A program made the position numbers and the translations under genes. The notes under the pieces were generated by a model. That model saw only the letters and a program-made list of their open reading frames with translations. It did not search any database and had not been told where the DNA came from. A DNA stretch of 64,000 nt from Schmidtea polychroa (taxonomy: Eukaryota): positions 42,470,001 through 42,534,000 of the forward strand of contig CM097885.1 in the NCBI GenBank assembly GCA_044892525.1, written 5' to 3'. Of the stretch, positions 51,950-64,000 are shown piece by piece (the stretch's first letter is position 1; every line of letters begins with the position of its first letter).

Positions 51950-52430
51950 ACTCCCATTGGTACATTTCACTCCTATCTCATATTTCTGCAGTTTTACCTT
52001 TTCAATGGTTTTGAATAAATCATAATCCAAAACACTAATTTTTGCTCCAGTATCAAACATACACATCATTTTCTTTTTATCCATTTTAATTTCTACACTA
52101 GGTCAACCTTCCATATGATATTATTTAATGGGACAAGATTTATAATTTTCTGATGCAATATTAAATATTTCTTCATATTTATTTTGTAGTGCAATTCAAC
52201 ATCTGTTTGGTCAAATTTTCGAGTTCCTTCCATTGATAAAACCCCCTTGATAAATAGTACCATGTGATTTCCGTCGTTTGGATATGTTCAGAAAATGTCT
52301 TTCTTTTATAAATATTTTCACGTCATCACCAACTTCAAATATTTCAGGTGGTCGAATAAATTGCAGCATCGGTGTGGTCGACATATTAGAAGAAGATTTA
52401 ACTTTTTTCATAAGTTGTTTCAAAAATATA
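51950..52430 (-). mobile_element. Older related Gypsy relic (Gag N-terminus and protease), antisense
   Basis: MSTTPMLQFIRPPEIFEVGDDVKIFIKE parallels MATTIANFIKPPETYDMDSDVEDFILE; MEG*PSVEIK..MCMFDTGAKISVLDYDLFK parallels MQGRPSVTV..VCLLDTGAKISVIDYNIFK. Confidence 0.8.
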
Positions 52431-52903
52431 TTATTTAATATATTAATTCTGATTTTAAGATTTTGTCGAAAATTTTGAGTAATTACTGCGAGGCGTTTCT
52501 AATTAGATCTTAAATCCTATAATTAATATCCAAAGTATCTAGTCTAGAGGGATTTAAATAATTTAACGTTGTATATTTATTATTTGGGATGATGTTTATA
52601 TTTGTTAAATTTTTTGTATGAAAACAATTTTTAAATTTTAAATTTAAATTGAAATATATTTTTTATATTAATTTAAAAAAAAATTTTGTAAGAGAATATT
52701 AACAATTTTGTGCGTTTTTTAAAATTAAAATAATAATTTTTATATGATTAAAGTTTTATTAAAATATATTTAGTTTGATACAATTTGATTACGATTGTTA
52801 TTTGTTAATTTGTTTGAATTTTTTTTATCACTTAGTTGTCATACGATTCCTAGCTTGAAGAAGACTGTTAACCGGTCAATATAAATATAAATATAAATCA
52901 CAT

Positions 52904-53133
52904 TAACTACTCTCTTATCCGCCAATTTATTTTTGCAAAAATGAATGTGAATAAGTTAATTTGGTTTAATAATACAGAGCACAGAAAATACGAAAATTTA
53001 ATATGACTTTGGATAACTGGATAATAAAGAAATGAATTTATTACTAGATTTTTTAATAAATTTTATTATTTTTTATTCTAAAAGCCGCCACCTTTTTTCA
53101 TAGTTCAGTTTTTGGCGGATAAGCGAGTAGTTA
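52904..53133. mobile_element. MITE-like element, 230 bp, superfamily unclear
   Basis: 22-bp TIRs TAACTACTCTCTTATCCGCCAA and TTGGCGGATAAGCGAGTAGTTA (one mismatch). Confidence 0.75.
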
Positions 53134-55675
53134 CTATATATATACATGGTTGGCCATTTTCAATTATTGAAATTTTGTTTTCTTTCTTTGATTATTTATT
53201 AAAACAAAAACAATTTTTCAATATAATATATGTGAAAAATTTAACTAATTATAAATAATATTCCAAGCAATTTCACTATACAATTTCAACATACCACAAA
53301 CATACGAATATCTAATAATATTTTTAAAATTACAAGAGTTTTTTAAAGTTAACTACGACTTGAAACGTTTAATGAAGTAATTTACCTTGGATTGTGGTTT
53401 TGTATTTTAAAATATGATAAAATTAAATAATTTGTTGTATAATGACTGAAAAAATTTCAACAAAAACAATTTTAAGCCTTTATTATCCAATCAAAAGGCA
53501 GATGATTTAAATAAAAAAGTTCGAAATCTTCAAATTCACATTCAAACAATTTTTTGTTAGACAGATCGAAAATTTTCAATTTTTTTTTCTTAATAACTTG
53601 CAGCAAAGGCTTTTTATATGATTTATTAATTATTTAATTATACAAATTATATTCATTATAAATGAATAAAGCAAAATCATTACATTGATCCCTAATAATA
53701 TGAATTTGGAATGAAGTTATACAGATGATTGGGAATACATCAATCAAATCCAAATAAATATTTAAGGTATAGGTCACTAAATGTCGAATAATTCATAAAT
53801 AAAATGAACAATTAGCATCATTAAATTTGTTTATATTTAATTTAATTTTCGAAATAAACAACATTTTCGGTCATGAAATAGTTTTCTTCAGTTTTCCAGG
53901 TAACTCTATCTTATTTTTAATCTACAGAAAATTTCGAGCCTTTTAAATATCATTTTACCTGAGAATTGAAATTCCGATTTTCCAAAACATAAATTTTATT
54001 TTTCAAAAAGATATCGGTAGTTTATGGATCATTGAAACTAAATATTTTTAATTTTATATAATCATCTTCCTAAAATTCTCAACTTTTTTATTGACTGAAT
54101 AATCTATGTTAAACATTAATGATGTAATGGTTATGATTTAATGAGTTAATTAAATAATCCCAATAAAGTCGTTGCTGATTGAATATTAATTGTGAGGAGA
54201 TTGCGATTTAATTAGACGAATTTTTATTTTAGAACGGAGCGGTCATTTTTACTTTAAAATAATACAGCTAAATATATTTTTTTTTTCGTTTTGGTCATTA
54301 ATTATTTCTATAAATTTTGTTAGCAAACATTTTTAAATGAATTTTATCATTTCAATTTCACATTCTTGAAAGGAAAGAACTACTTGCACACGCCCTCAAA
54401 GTGGTTTTGTGGAAAAGTATATTCGGAGAAATTTTAGGTTGTTACTTTTATTATCGCAATTTATCTTTGAGCGTCATGCATATAAATATTTTAAATAAAT
54501 ATTTCACTCTCTTGGAGTTTTTAAATGGAAAATTCCTCCTACAGTTTAAAAATATGCAAGTCAACATAATGAAGAAATAATAAAATTATTTACCGAAGGA
54601 ACAAAAAATTTCTATAGTTTGGTATTTTCTTGGTTAAGATAATCATTTTACTTTAAATTATTTAAATTAAAAAATTTTTGAAATTATAAAGTTTGGGGTT
54701 TTATCCGGAAATATATGGGATTTTTATTTATAATGATATATAACTGATACGGAATATCATTTATTAATGATATACGGAAAATTTGTGGACAATTTTTAAT
54801 TTTCTTGAGATCTTTAACACATTGAGAGCGTTGAAACATGCCTCCATATCCATACAAATATTAAAATATTCATGGTGCCGGATTTGGCTCACTGGCTTCC
54901 TGAGACCAAAAATATTATTATTTCCAATCTCAAAAACATTAACATTTTTTTTATAATTTTAATTTATAATTTCAAATTTTAAATTTATATCTCACTTGAA
55001 TAGGAAATAACTGTAATTTTTTAAAAATAAATATTACAGAGTTTGAAATGAGATTTAAAAAAAAAAATTTGTATACAGAAAACCAGTATCTTTTTTCTTA
55101 TTTACTAAATTGAAGCGTTCCATTTTGCTTGGCGCCCTGTGGTGATGACCTCAGTTTGCCTAATAGTAGTTCCAGGCCTAAATATTAACAACTTTTTAAC
55201 AAATTTTATTGAATAATAAATTTACATACAACATAAAACTACAAACCACACAAAAGTTGACTGCTAGAGTTTATCAATATTTTTTAATTTATTGAAACAT
55301 ACATTTTTAAATATGTCTCTATAACAAAAATTACTCACTTTCGAAATAAACAGCTTTGATTGATATATTTTAAGCTGTGAATATTTTGGCAATACCAAAA
55401 GAAAAAAGCTTAATAAAGCGAATTTTATTTACTTTAATGATATGTTTATTTTTAAAAAAGTTTAAATTATCAACAAAATTTTATCCTTTTTACTATTAAG
55501 TAGTTTTTACATTTTATTTTCATTTCTTTTCACTAACATTATTTCACAGAATTTTAAAAGTGAAAAATTCGCGTATAAAGCTCTTACCAAACAAGTAAAA
55601 AGTATTGACCTATTATCTGATATGTTTGAATACATCCCATTTCCAGATGGTGGCACATTTATTATTAAAAAAAAT

Positions 55676-55735
55676 CTTGACTATGAATCAGTAAATATAT
55701 CGACGTTTTAATATATTTACTGATTCATAGTCAAG
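55676..55735. repeat. Perfect 25-bp stem with 10-nt loop; related copy at ~29296-29346
   Basis: CTTGACTATGAATCAGTAAATATAT-CGACGTTTTA-ATATATTTACTGATTCATAGTCAAG. Confidence 0.9.
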
Positions 55736-56396
55736 CTTTTTTAACAAATACAATAGAAAAGAAAACAGTGGTTAAATTTAAAAAAAAAGTTCTTATAAAA
55801 AAATCTAACTTTGAAAAGTCTTTCATATCTAATAAATCTTTATAAAATTTAGGAAAATGCAAAAAAAATTTCAAATTGACAGTAAAATTCAAAAATTTAA
55901 AATATTGAAGATTTTTTTAAAATGTTATTAATCCTAGAAACAGGGTAAAAGATTAAGGTTGAAGTTAGGGTTGATTGATTTATATTAAATTAATTTTATT
56001 AAATTTAATCATATTTATTGATTTTAATTTGTTTTTAATTTAAATTATAAAATAATTTAAAATATTTAAAATTTTTTGTCAATTTTATAGTTTTGGAAAT
56101 AGGGAAATATAATTCAATGGTGTAGATTTGAATTTTTTTTAAAAAAATCCTTAAAATGGTATTATTTAAATTGAAAACCAAAAATGCCTGTTTCATTATT
56201 AAAATATTTAGATAAAACAAAATTGAAATTAATGTTAATATCTGAATTTATAATGACTATAATAGGAAATTATCTATTCCAAAAAACTAAATTTTCAAGA
56301 ATATATTATTTGAAAACTTATTGTATCACGAATTTTCGGCACAGCCTTTTTCAAATGAACACTTATTGTTACTGATTTTGTTTTATTTGGAAAAGC

Positions 56397-56771
56397 GGCG
56401 AGCTTCCGGCCCGGGCCCTTTTTTGAAAATTTTGTTGATCCTGTAACAGGGGCAAATACACAAATGATTGAAGGAACCTGGAGCTATTTTAAAAAGAAAT
56501 TTAGGGCTCGGAGCATCACAACTGATTGCAACATTACCGATTTATTTTATGAATTTATGTTTAAAAGAAAGTATGGTGAGAAATCATTTATTAGGATAAT
56601 GGAGGCTTTATATGATTAAAAGCATTATTATTTTTTGCCTTTAAAATACAAATCTAGTTTATAAACTTGTTAATTTTCTTATTTTTAATATATTTTATTT
56701 TAAATATATTATAAAATAATCAAGGGTTAGTTTTTATTTAACTAACCACAAAAAAGCACCGGAAGGTCACC
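56397..56771 (+). mobile_element. Internally deleted Merlin (IS1595/ISXO2-like) element, 375 bp
   Basis: ENFVDPVTGANTQMIEGTWSYFKKK..YFYEFMFKRKY; GG-initiated TIRs (12/16 match); 8-bp flanks GGAAAAGC and GGAAAAGT. Confidence 0.8.
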
Positions 56772-57749
56772 GGAAAAGTTAATCCAATTTTTGACTTTTT
56801 AATTATTTTCATTATGATAAAAGATCAAATTTTAATTTTCGATAAAACACAAATTGATTTTTGATCTTTTGTCATGATGAAAATAATTGAAATATCAAAA
56901 ACTAAACATCTAAAGTAACCATAAAAATAAATAATAATTTATACTCATAATTCAAATTTTTCAAATTTCATATATTTTCATAAATGCTAGAAATCAATTT
57001 GTACTTAATTAACACAAATTTATAGCAGACTTTTTCAAGTGTTATCAACTAAATTATTTTAATTTTTAGTCAAACACGAAACCACTTAAATTTCATAAAA
57101 CTAGTTGTCATTGGTAACCAATAAATAAATCCATTCAAACAAAATCTTATTCATTTCATGCCAATAAAATATTTTCCAATAAAATCCAACATGACAATTT
57201 TTTAATTATTCCAGAAATATCACAAAAAAATTATTAAATAATCAAAATTGGAATAATTATTATTATAATTAAAATAATTTTTCTTAAATTTACTATTTAC
57301 AGGAATTTTTAATTTTGACAGTTTGAATAAATCTTGTTGCATATTTATTTTAAGTTGATAAAGTAAATTATGTTTATAGCTAATTTTATGGCTGATAGTT
57401 TATTAATTTGAAGTTCTGTGTCAATTTTATTAACTATTTCAGGTCAACTTTATTTGTTTTGAGACATATTTCAAGACTTTCAATCATCTTTTATGTAGTC
57501 AGAAAAATTTAATAATACATCTGATGATGTCAGCTTTATTTCGTATAATATATTTTTATCAGTAATATATTTTATCTTTTTCTTCAGTGACCAGTGTAGC
57601 TGAATATCCATAATATTTAATATAAAATGTAGTTTATGATGTTTAGATTTCTGCTGTGTTAAAAGAATTGTAGGGTCCAATCAAGTCCTCTTTAAAAATG
57701 TGTCGGGACGGTTGGAGTTTAGGCTATATTGTTATTGGTTATCAATGAA

Positions 57750-60630
57750 TATTTTCTGCCGGAACGCGTCAGAACTGCGTTCCGGCACTTTTTATTTGTT
57801 ATGATTTAAAATATTATTTGCAAAATTTATATTTTTTGTGTTTTTTGTCGTATAATAAAAGATATGCAAATATATCAATTACAAATGGAGCCCAGTAAAC
57901 TTCCGCTGGTCGAATTATCTAATGTTTGCGGCTGACAATGTCAGCAAACTCTGTGCTTTGTCTGTGGCATTATATAAAACGCGATCATAGTAAATATGAC
58001 ATCATTGTTTATAATCGTTTCCTGTTATCGGCGTTGTAAATTCAGTTGTAAATTAATAAATATATTTTAAAAATTATATAAAAATATTGGATCATTTCCA
58101 TTATCTGCCACCTAGATAATAATAAATAAGAATTCTATTAGTTTTATTCAATTATAAAAACATAAATAAACTAAATTATGATTTTTGTTATGGGTATATA
58201 TACTCTGAGTTTATCCGACAAGATGTTTTGTCCCCCTATAGGTACTGGTCATAAGGGTATTAAATAATTTTAAATTCAATATTATGGGTATTATCTGCCA
58301 CCTAGATGGCAGATAATGAAGATGATCCAAAATATTAATTAAACAAACTAACCCAAATTTGAAAATGAAAAAATCACCAGCTTCTTCTTGGCTAGCTCTC
58401 AGGTTAAGAAAAAATCAAATCAAGCACAGAAGAAATCGAAATTACGACGTCGGATTTACCTTCTGCAGACGATTACACTAATGACGACTGGCCAAGTTGG
58501 TAGACATTAGAGCAAAATACAGATTTTTGTGTCAAAAACAAGTGGCTCTGCTTTCGAGAAAAGAAGCTTGACTGCACTATCTGCCGAAAAGGGGGAACAC
58601 TTGGCGTAGAAGCCAAGATGGAAATGAAAATATCTCAAGAATGGACGAATAATGAAATATCTTATTAGGGCGAAGATAGAAAGCAACAGCTTGGTCTCTA
58701 CAAAAGAAAATTTTTTATCACAAAGAATCTGCTGGACATCAAGCTGCATTAAAGATGGTTGCAGAAGTTGACAAGAAGACTCTTGAGAACATTAATTTAA
58801 AGTCTTTAACTCGTGAGAAAATTCTAACAGCAAACATTTTTCAAACTGCATATAAAGAAGCAAAAGGAAATCAATACTGTAATAACTTTGAAATGAAATT
58901 GATCTACAAGAAATAAACGGAGTTGAAATGGGTCGGATTTTTCATTCTACAAACGCATGCATTAATATTGTCAATCATATAGGCAACGAAATGAGGAAAA
59001 AGATGATTGCAGAAGTCATGAAATCAAAGAGTAAGATTACAGTAATGATTGATGAGTCAACTACTATAAGCCAAAAATCGACATTGATAGTGTACATTCG
59101 AAGCCATGTAGAAGACAGTGAAACGAATTCACCAAATAATTTATTTTTGGATTTAGTGGAACTTGAAAGCGTTACGGTTAAAGGAGTATTTGATGCTTTA
59201 CTCGAATGTCTTCATTCTTATGGGATGACAGAAGAATACTTGAAGAATTATTTAGTTTCTTTAGCATTTGATGGCACAGCAGTGATGTTAGGATGCAAAA
59301 GTGGCGTTAAGAAATTACTCACTAAAAATTTCCTGCTGTTATAGTTTGGCATTGTGCTAATCATAGACTTAAATTATCAGTAAGTGATACTCTTAAGGAA
59401 ATTTCAGGAATCAATAGATTTAAATCATTTCTTGATAAGCTTTACGTGTGTATCATACTTCCACCAAAAATTAGCAGAGAGTTACATTCATTTGCGGAAT
59501 TACTTGATGTTGAGCTGCTTAAAATTGGCCGAATTTTAAATACACGATGGGTGTCATTTAGTTTCCGTTCAGTTTTTGCATTATGGGAAAATTATGAAGT
59601 GCTGGTGAAGCAATTTGAAGAAGCAATGGTTGATCCTAAAAGGACAAAAATGTTAAATGCACTTATGAAGGTTTAAAAAAGATAATTACATCTACAAAGT
59701 TTTTAATGAATCTAGGATCGATGTCTGATGCTCTCCAAGAATTATAAGAGTTGAGTTTGAACCTCCAAGAGCACAACATGGATTTGTACAAGGCAAATCA
59801 GAAAATAAAAGCGCTTGTATAAGTATTCGAAGAAAGAAGACAAAATGTTGATCCCTATTACAAATGTGCTTCAGCTGATGAACAGAATCTCCGCTATAAT
59901 GGAATTTTACTATACATGAAAGATTGCAAAAATTATCCTACTATTGATCCGAATACCTTTTATATAAAACTAATAGAGCCAATTGAGAAAGGTTGCTTGC
60001 TGACGAAGACATTGAATTAGCTCAACGGACTCGCCTCTTAGATCAGAAACATTGCCTAGAAAACATTAACGCTCAGCTGACATTTGGAGAAACTGAAATA
60101 AGAAACTTGTCAATAAGACTACAATTAAATGAAAGAAAAATGATTCGTGGATTCCGTGAATACCTTGTAGAAAAAATATGTCCTGAAAAACTACTTCATT
60201 TGGAACTCGCTCTACATACTATCCCCATTTCTTCAAGTGAGTGTGAACGAGGATTTTCACAAATGAATCTGATCATCACTTCAACAATAGCTTCATTGAT
60301 AACCAATACAGTTTCATCGATGTTATTCATCAGATTAGCCGGACCACCACTCACACGCTTCGATCCTTCAAAATATATTGATTTGTGGTTACTTCGGGGA
60401 AAACATTCAGCTGTAGACACTAATAGCAAGGAAAGGAGTCGAGATGATTTATCTGACGAAAATTGAAAAAAAAACTCTGGGATTTGTTATAAAATGGAGT
60501 TTATAGATTTATAGTTTGTGTCATATAAAATTTATTTTATAATTTGTTAGCTAATTTCTGCGTCATTTTTTGACATATAAAGACAAATACAGATGAGTTC
60601 CGGTACCTTTTTTCTACAAAAAAAGCCCCG
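57750..60630 (+). mobile_element. Decayed hAT element with KIAA1586-like transposase
   Basis: MIDEST, AFDGTAVMLG, WHCANHRL, LNTRWV and TIPISSSECERGFSQMN. Right end GTTCCGGTACCTTTTTTCTACAAAAAAAGCCCCG; left subterminal palindrome TGCCGGAACGC..GCGTTCCGGCA. Left TIR not resolved. Confidence 0.88.
58083..58334. repeat. Small foldback containing a minimal terminal-module copy (58196-58261)
   Basis: ATATTGGATCAT..ATTATCTGCCA pairs with TGGCAGATAAT..ATGATCCAAAATAT. TATATATACTCTGAGTTTATCCGACAAGATGTTTTGTCCCCCTATAGGTACTGG lies between. Confidence 0.65.
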
Positions 60631-60766
60631 ATAGTAATAAAAACAAATTACAAACCTTAAAACTATTTAATATTCTTTTAATATTCTTTGAAGCATTATT
60701 TTTTAAATTTTATTTGATTAATGAATATTTCAATTTCCATCTCTATAGTAAGTCCTTATTCTAATT

Positions 60767-63060
60767 CAGGGGTTCTAAAACTTTTTATTCCATAGACCCC
60801 CTGTAGGAATTTTATTTATTTCATAGACTCCCTACCTAAGGAATATATATATATATATACATGTGTGTGTGCAATGGCTACCACAGACGACTCATTCTAA
60901 AACACATAGTAATAGGAAAATGAGGGTAAATTGTACAGAAGAAAGAAACTGAAATATCAATAATTATATCTATATTTTTAATGATTAAATTTCACATTCC
61001 CAAATCAGAATTCAATTTCAAGAAAATAGTAATGTGTAATAGTACTTTAAGTTAAAAAGGGTTTAAGTAAGTAATTCTAAAAAAAATTAAGAAAAGTCCA
61101 TGGAAACCATAATAATAATAATAAATAAAACAAATAATATTACCGTAAAAATAGCTGCATATTAATGAATAACAAAACTATCAATCATTTTAATTTTTTT
61201 TATTATATGCAATTAATAAAGAAAAAAAACATTAATATTTTACAAAATTATAATATTAGTGTGATAGATGGGCTTGACGTTCTTGTGCGATTTCTTTTAT
61301 GTTTGGCCTAAAATTACTAAGTTTTATTCTTAAATCTCCCATTTCAATAATATTGAATTTGTTCCTTGTTTTTCTTAATAAATTATTGATTGCACTGAAA
61401 CCAGCCTCTACCAAATAAGATGACGGAAAAGTTAACAATAGGGGTTCGTTATTCATTTGCAAATGCGGGTACTTTTCACGAATCACTTTGATGGTCCAAA
61501 ATTTTGCATAACCATGTGTGTTAAATAATACTTGAGTTTGGACATCCTCCTTCAACATAATTAGTTCTTCCTGTACCGAAATATCAAACCTAGTTATATC
61601 ACAGAGGAATGGCTCAATAATCCAAGCTGGGACACATAAATTTTCCATATCGCGAAAACGGACATTAAAATCCTCTTTTAAATTTTTTAAATGGGTTGTA
61701 TATAATGTTATATCTTCAGAAGAAATGCAATCTTTTTCATTTACAGATAACTGCATTAAGTTATCGAAATAGCGGAATTCTTTTCGATTTAGAGTAGATA
61801 TGAACAAGTCGATTTTAGATCGAAAACTGAAGATAATCGTTTTTGCATCTATGAGATTAATGTTTCTCCCTTGTAATTTGTTTTGTGTAGCATTGAGTAA
61901 TCCATAAATATCAGCCAAATAAAAAATGTGAGTTTTGAAATTTAATAGTTGCATAGCCATAGTATTGTCATTTTCAAGGAAAAACTCAACAACTGAACTA
62001 AAAATATCAACAGTTACCTTTAGAGAGTCAGCGTACTTCCGTATGAAGAAGCAAATTATTGTACACTTCATCATTTTGGTCACACAATTGGGCAAAAAGG
62101 CGGGAATTCAGTGCTTTTGCTCTTATACTATTGATTGCTTTAATGCACAGATTTAAAACATAATGTAGTTCTTCGTGAATATTCTTAGCTACTAAGTACT
62201 GTCTATGCAAGAAACAATGAACTGTCCAGATCTCGGGTACTTCGTTTTTGAAGTATGCTAGGAATCCTCGATATTTTCCAACCATCGAAGGAGCTCCATC
62301 AGAAGAAGCGGCAATAATGTTTTTTATAGGAATATCATATTGTTTTAAAATATTTCCAAAACAATAAAATATATCTTCTCCTTTAGTGTACGTTTCAAGA
62401 GACTTGGCACAAAAAACTCCTCGATTATTTCTTCCTTTGAACAACTATAAAAACGTACGTATAACATTAAAATACTATTCCTGCCGAAAGTTGACTCGTC
62501 CAGCTGTATGGCAAATTTACTTGTTCTTAATTCTGTTATTAATTGCAGTTCTATATTTTCTGCCATTTCATCTATTCGTCGTTGAACTGTACTATTTGAC
62601 AACGGCAAACTTTGCAAGACAGGTTTGTCATTTTGATTTAAAACAGTTGTTATTACTTCGCTAATAACTGGTAATAATAAATTCTCTCCTATCGTGTGCG
62701 GGTATCCACCTTTGGCAATTAAGTAAGCAATTTTATAGGAAGCTTCGAGGCCTCCTTCGACATTTTTTGATGTTGAAGGTTTCATAAAAGATTTGATTCC
62801 TTTATTTGAGCGTGTTAAAAAGATGCATTTTAGATTTTTGAAGTATTGTAAATTGCTGTCTTTTTTCAGCATGCATCCTATTCAAATGATCTTTTAGTTT
62901 GGAAAGTTTCATATAGTCATTGCTGAAACTTTTTTCACAAATGAGGCATAAGGGCATTGATGAATTGCCCGGAGCTACCACAAACCCAAACTTTAAATAT
63001 TCTTCGGAATATTGACGGATTTTTTTCTTTATTGTTGTCTAAGTACATTTGATTTTTTTG
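60767..63060 (-). mobile_element. Decayed hAT Buster/Charlie (ZBED5/SCAND3-like) transposon
   Basis: RQYSEEYLKFGF..PLCLIC; SLPLSNSTVQRRI; QLDEST; SDGAPSM; VHCFLHRQ; LLHTEVR; YLADIY; FPSSYLVEAGFS. One TIR (CAGGGGTTCTAAAACTTT) at 60767; other end truncated. Several frameshifts. Confidence 0.9.
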
Positions 63061-63074
63061 GCAAACCTTATACT

Positions 63075-63500
63075 AACCCAGTTTCATCGCAATTGTACAC
63101 TTGATCAAGCAAACAATTATTTTCTTACACGATTTTTTTGACTTTTTCCATAAAAACCAGGACTTGTGAAGGATCACAACAAAGTTTCTTACAAGTTATG
63201 GCTATGATACGAGTAGCGTATAGCTGAACAATCATTAATAACTCCAAAAAACTCTTTATTGCATATATTATTTTGGCCTTTAAAAACCAAGAATACAATA
63301 ATTTTTCCAATTCTGAGAATTTCGACTGCTTCATTCTACATTTTTTTATTTTTAATTAGTTTTGAAATGGTGGATTTGTCCATGTTTTTATTTCACATAA
63401 CTCCTTTACCTTCATGCCTTTTTGAATCTCATCTAATACATTCAGTTTCCGTTGGATTGTAAGACAATTTCTATTATTTTTGTTCGAATATTTTTATTTA
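63075..63500 (-). mobile_element. pogo/Tigger (CENP-B/Jerky-like) transposase relic
   Basis: MKQSKFSELEKLLYSWFL and LDQVYNCDETG (63110-63078). Confidence 0.72.
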
Positions 63501-63904
63501 CTGATATATTTGTAAAAATGTTGCTTATAAAAATGTATATTGCATAACATAAAATATTGATCAATAGTCTAAAAACGAAATTTTATTGAAATTTGGTATA
63601 CAAAAAAAACAAGTTATTGTAACTTGTCTTTGTTGGAGCTATGGATGGGCCAGTTATGGTGCCAGTAAGGGTTCAGTTGTCCACGCCCGAAAACCCCAAA
63701 ATTATTATGTAATGCTCTTGAAACCATGCTATATTCATGACCACTTCCATTGATTTATGTTGGTGCTGTGCTATTGTACTGCGCTACCAATTTCCCCTTT
63801 AACTAGTCCTTAGCTACCAACCAAAGGCAGCACTCACATCAATCTTACAATGAATTTTATCTATTAATAAAAAAGCATATATCAACATATATTTAGTAGT
63901 GCAT

Positions 63905-63996
63905 TTAATACCGGTATGATTTTTCAATACCGGTATTGCGGTATTGAAATATTTCAATACCGGTAATACCGGTATAATACCGGTATTGAAACTAGA
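63905..63996. mobile_element. End of a non-autonomous, probably hAT-type element
   Basis: Multiple (AA)TACCGGTA(T) palindromic subterminal repeats ending GAAACTAG. Confidence 0.55.
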
Positions 63997-64000
63997 AAAA

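Overview
AT-rich, repeat-dense eukaryotic scaffold with nine N-gaps. It is not prokaryotic: I see no operons, rRNA, tRNA or CRISPR array. The repeat mix (Penelope-like, Gypsy, hAT, Tc1/mariner/pogo, Merlin) and an intronless Ly6-type gene would fit an invertebrate such as a planarian flatworm, but that is inference only. One intact host-type gene is well supported: a GPI-anchored Ly6/uPAR (quiver/sleepless-like) protein at 15657-16097 (-). The best-resolved mobile structure is a three-level nest: a deleted hAT element (49505-50680, 8-bp TSD) inside a young Gypsy element (46237-51949, 211-bp LTRs, 5-bp TSD), itself inside the protease of an older antisense Gypsy relative. The least explained signals are (i) a family of 65-110 bp modules (short iteron-like repeats plus TTTTGTCGGATAAACT-nnn-AGTATATA) found seven times and repeatedly tied to inverted-repeat structures, (ii) a GC-richer island of unassigned decayed reading frames at 17.3-20.3 kb, (iii) a spacerless 450-bp palindrome inside a 1.1-kb tandem triplication, and (iv) a plant/oomycete-type (DD39D-like) mariner relic. 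All protein-family calls are motif recognition by eye; no searches were run.
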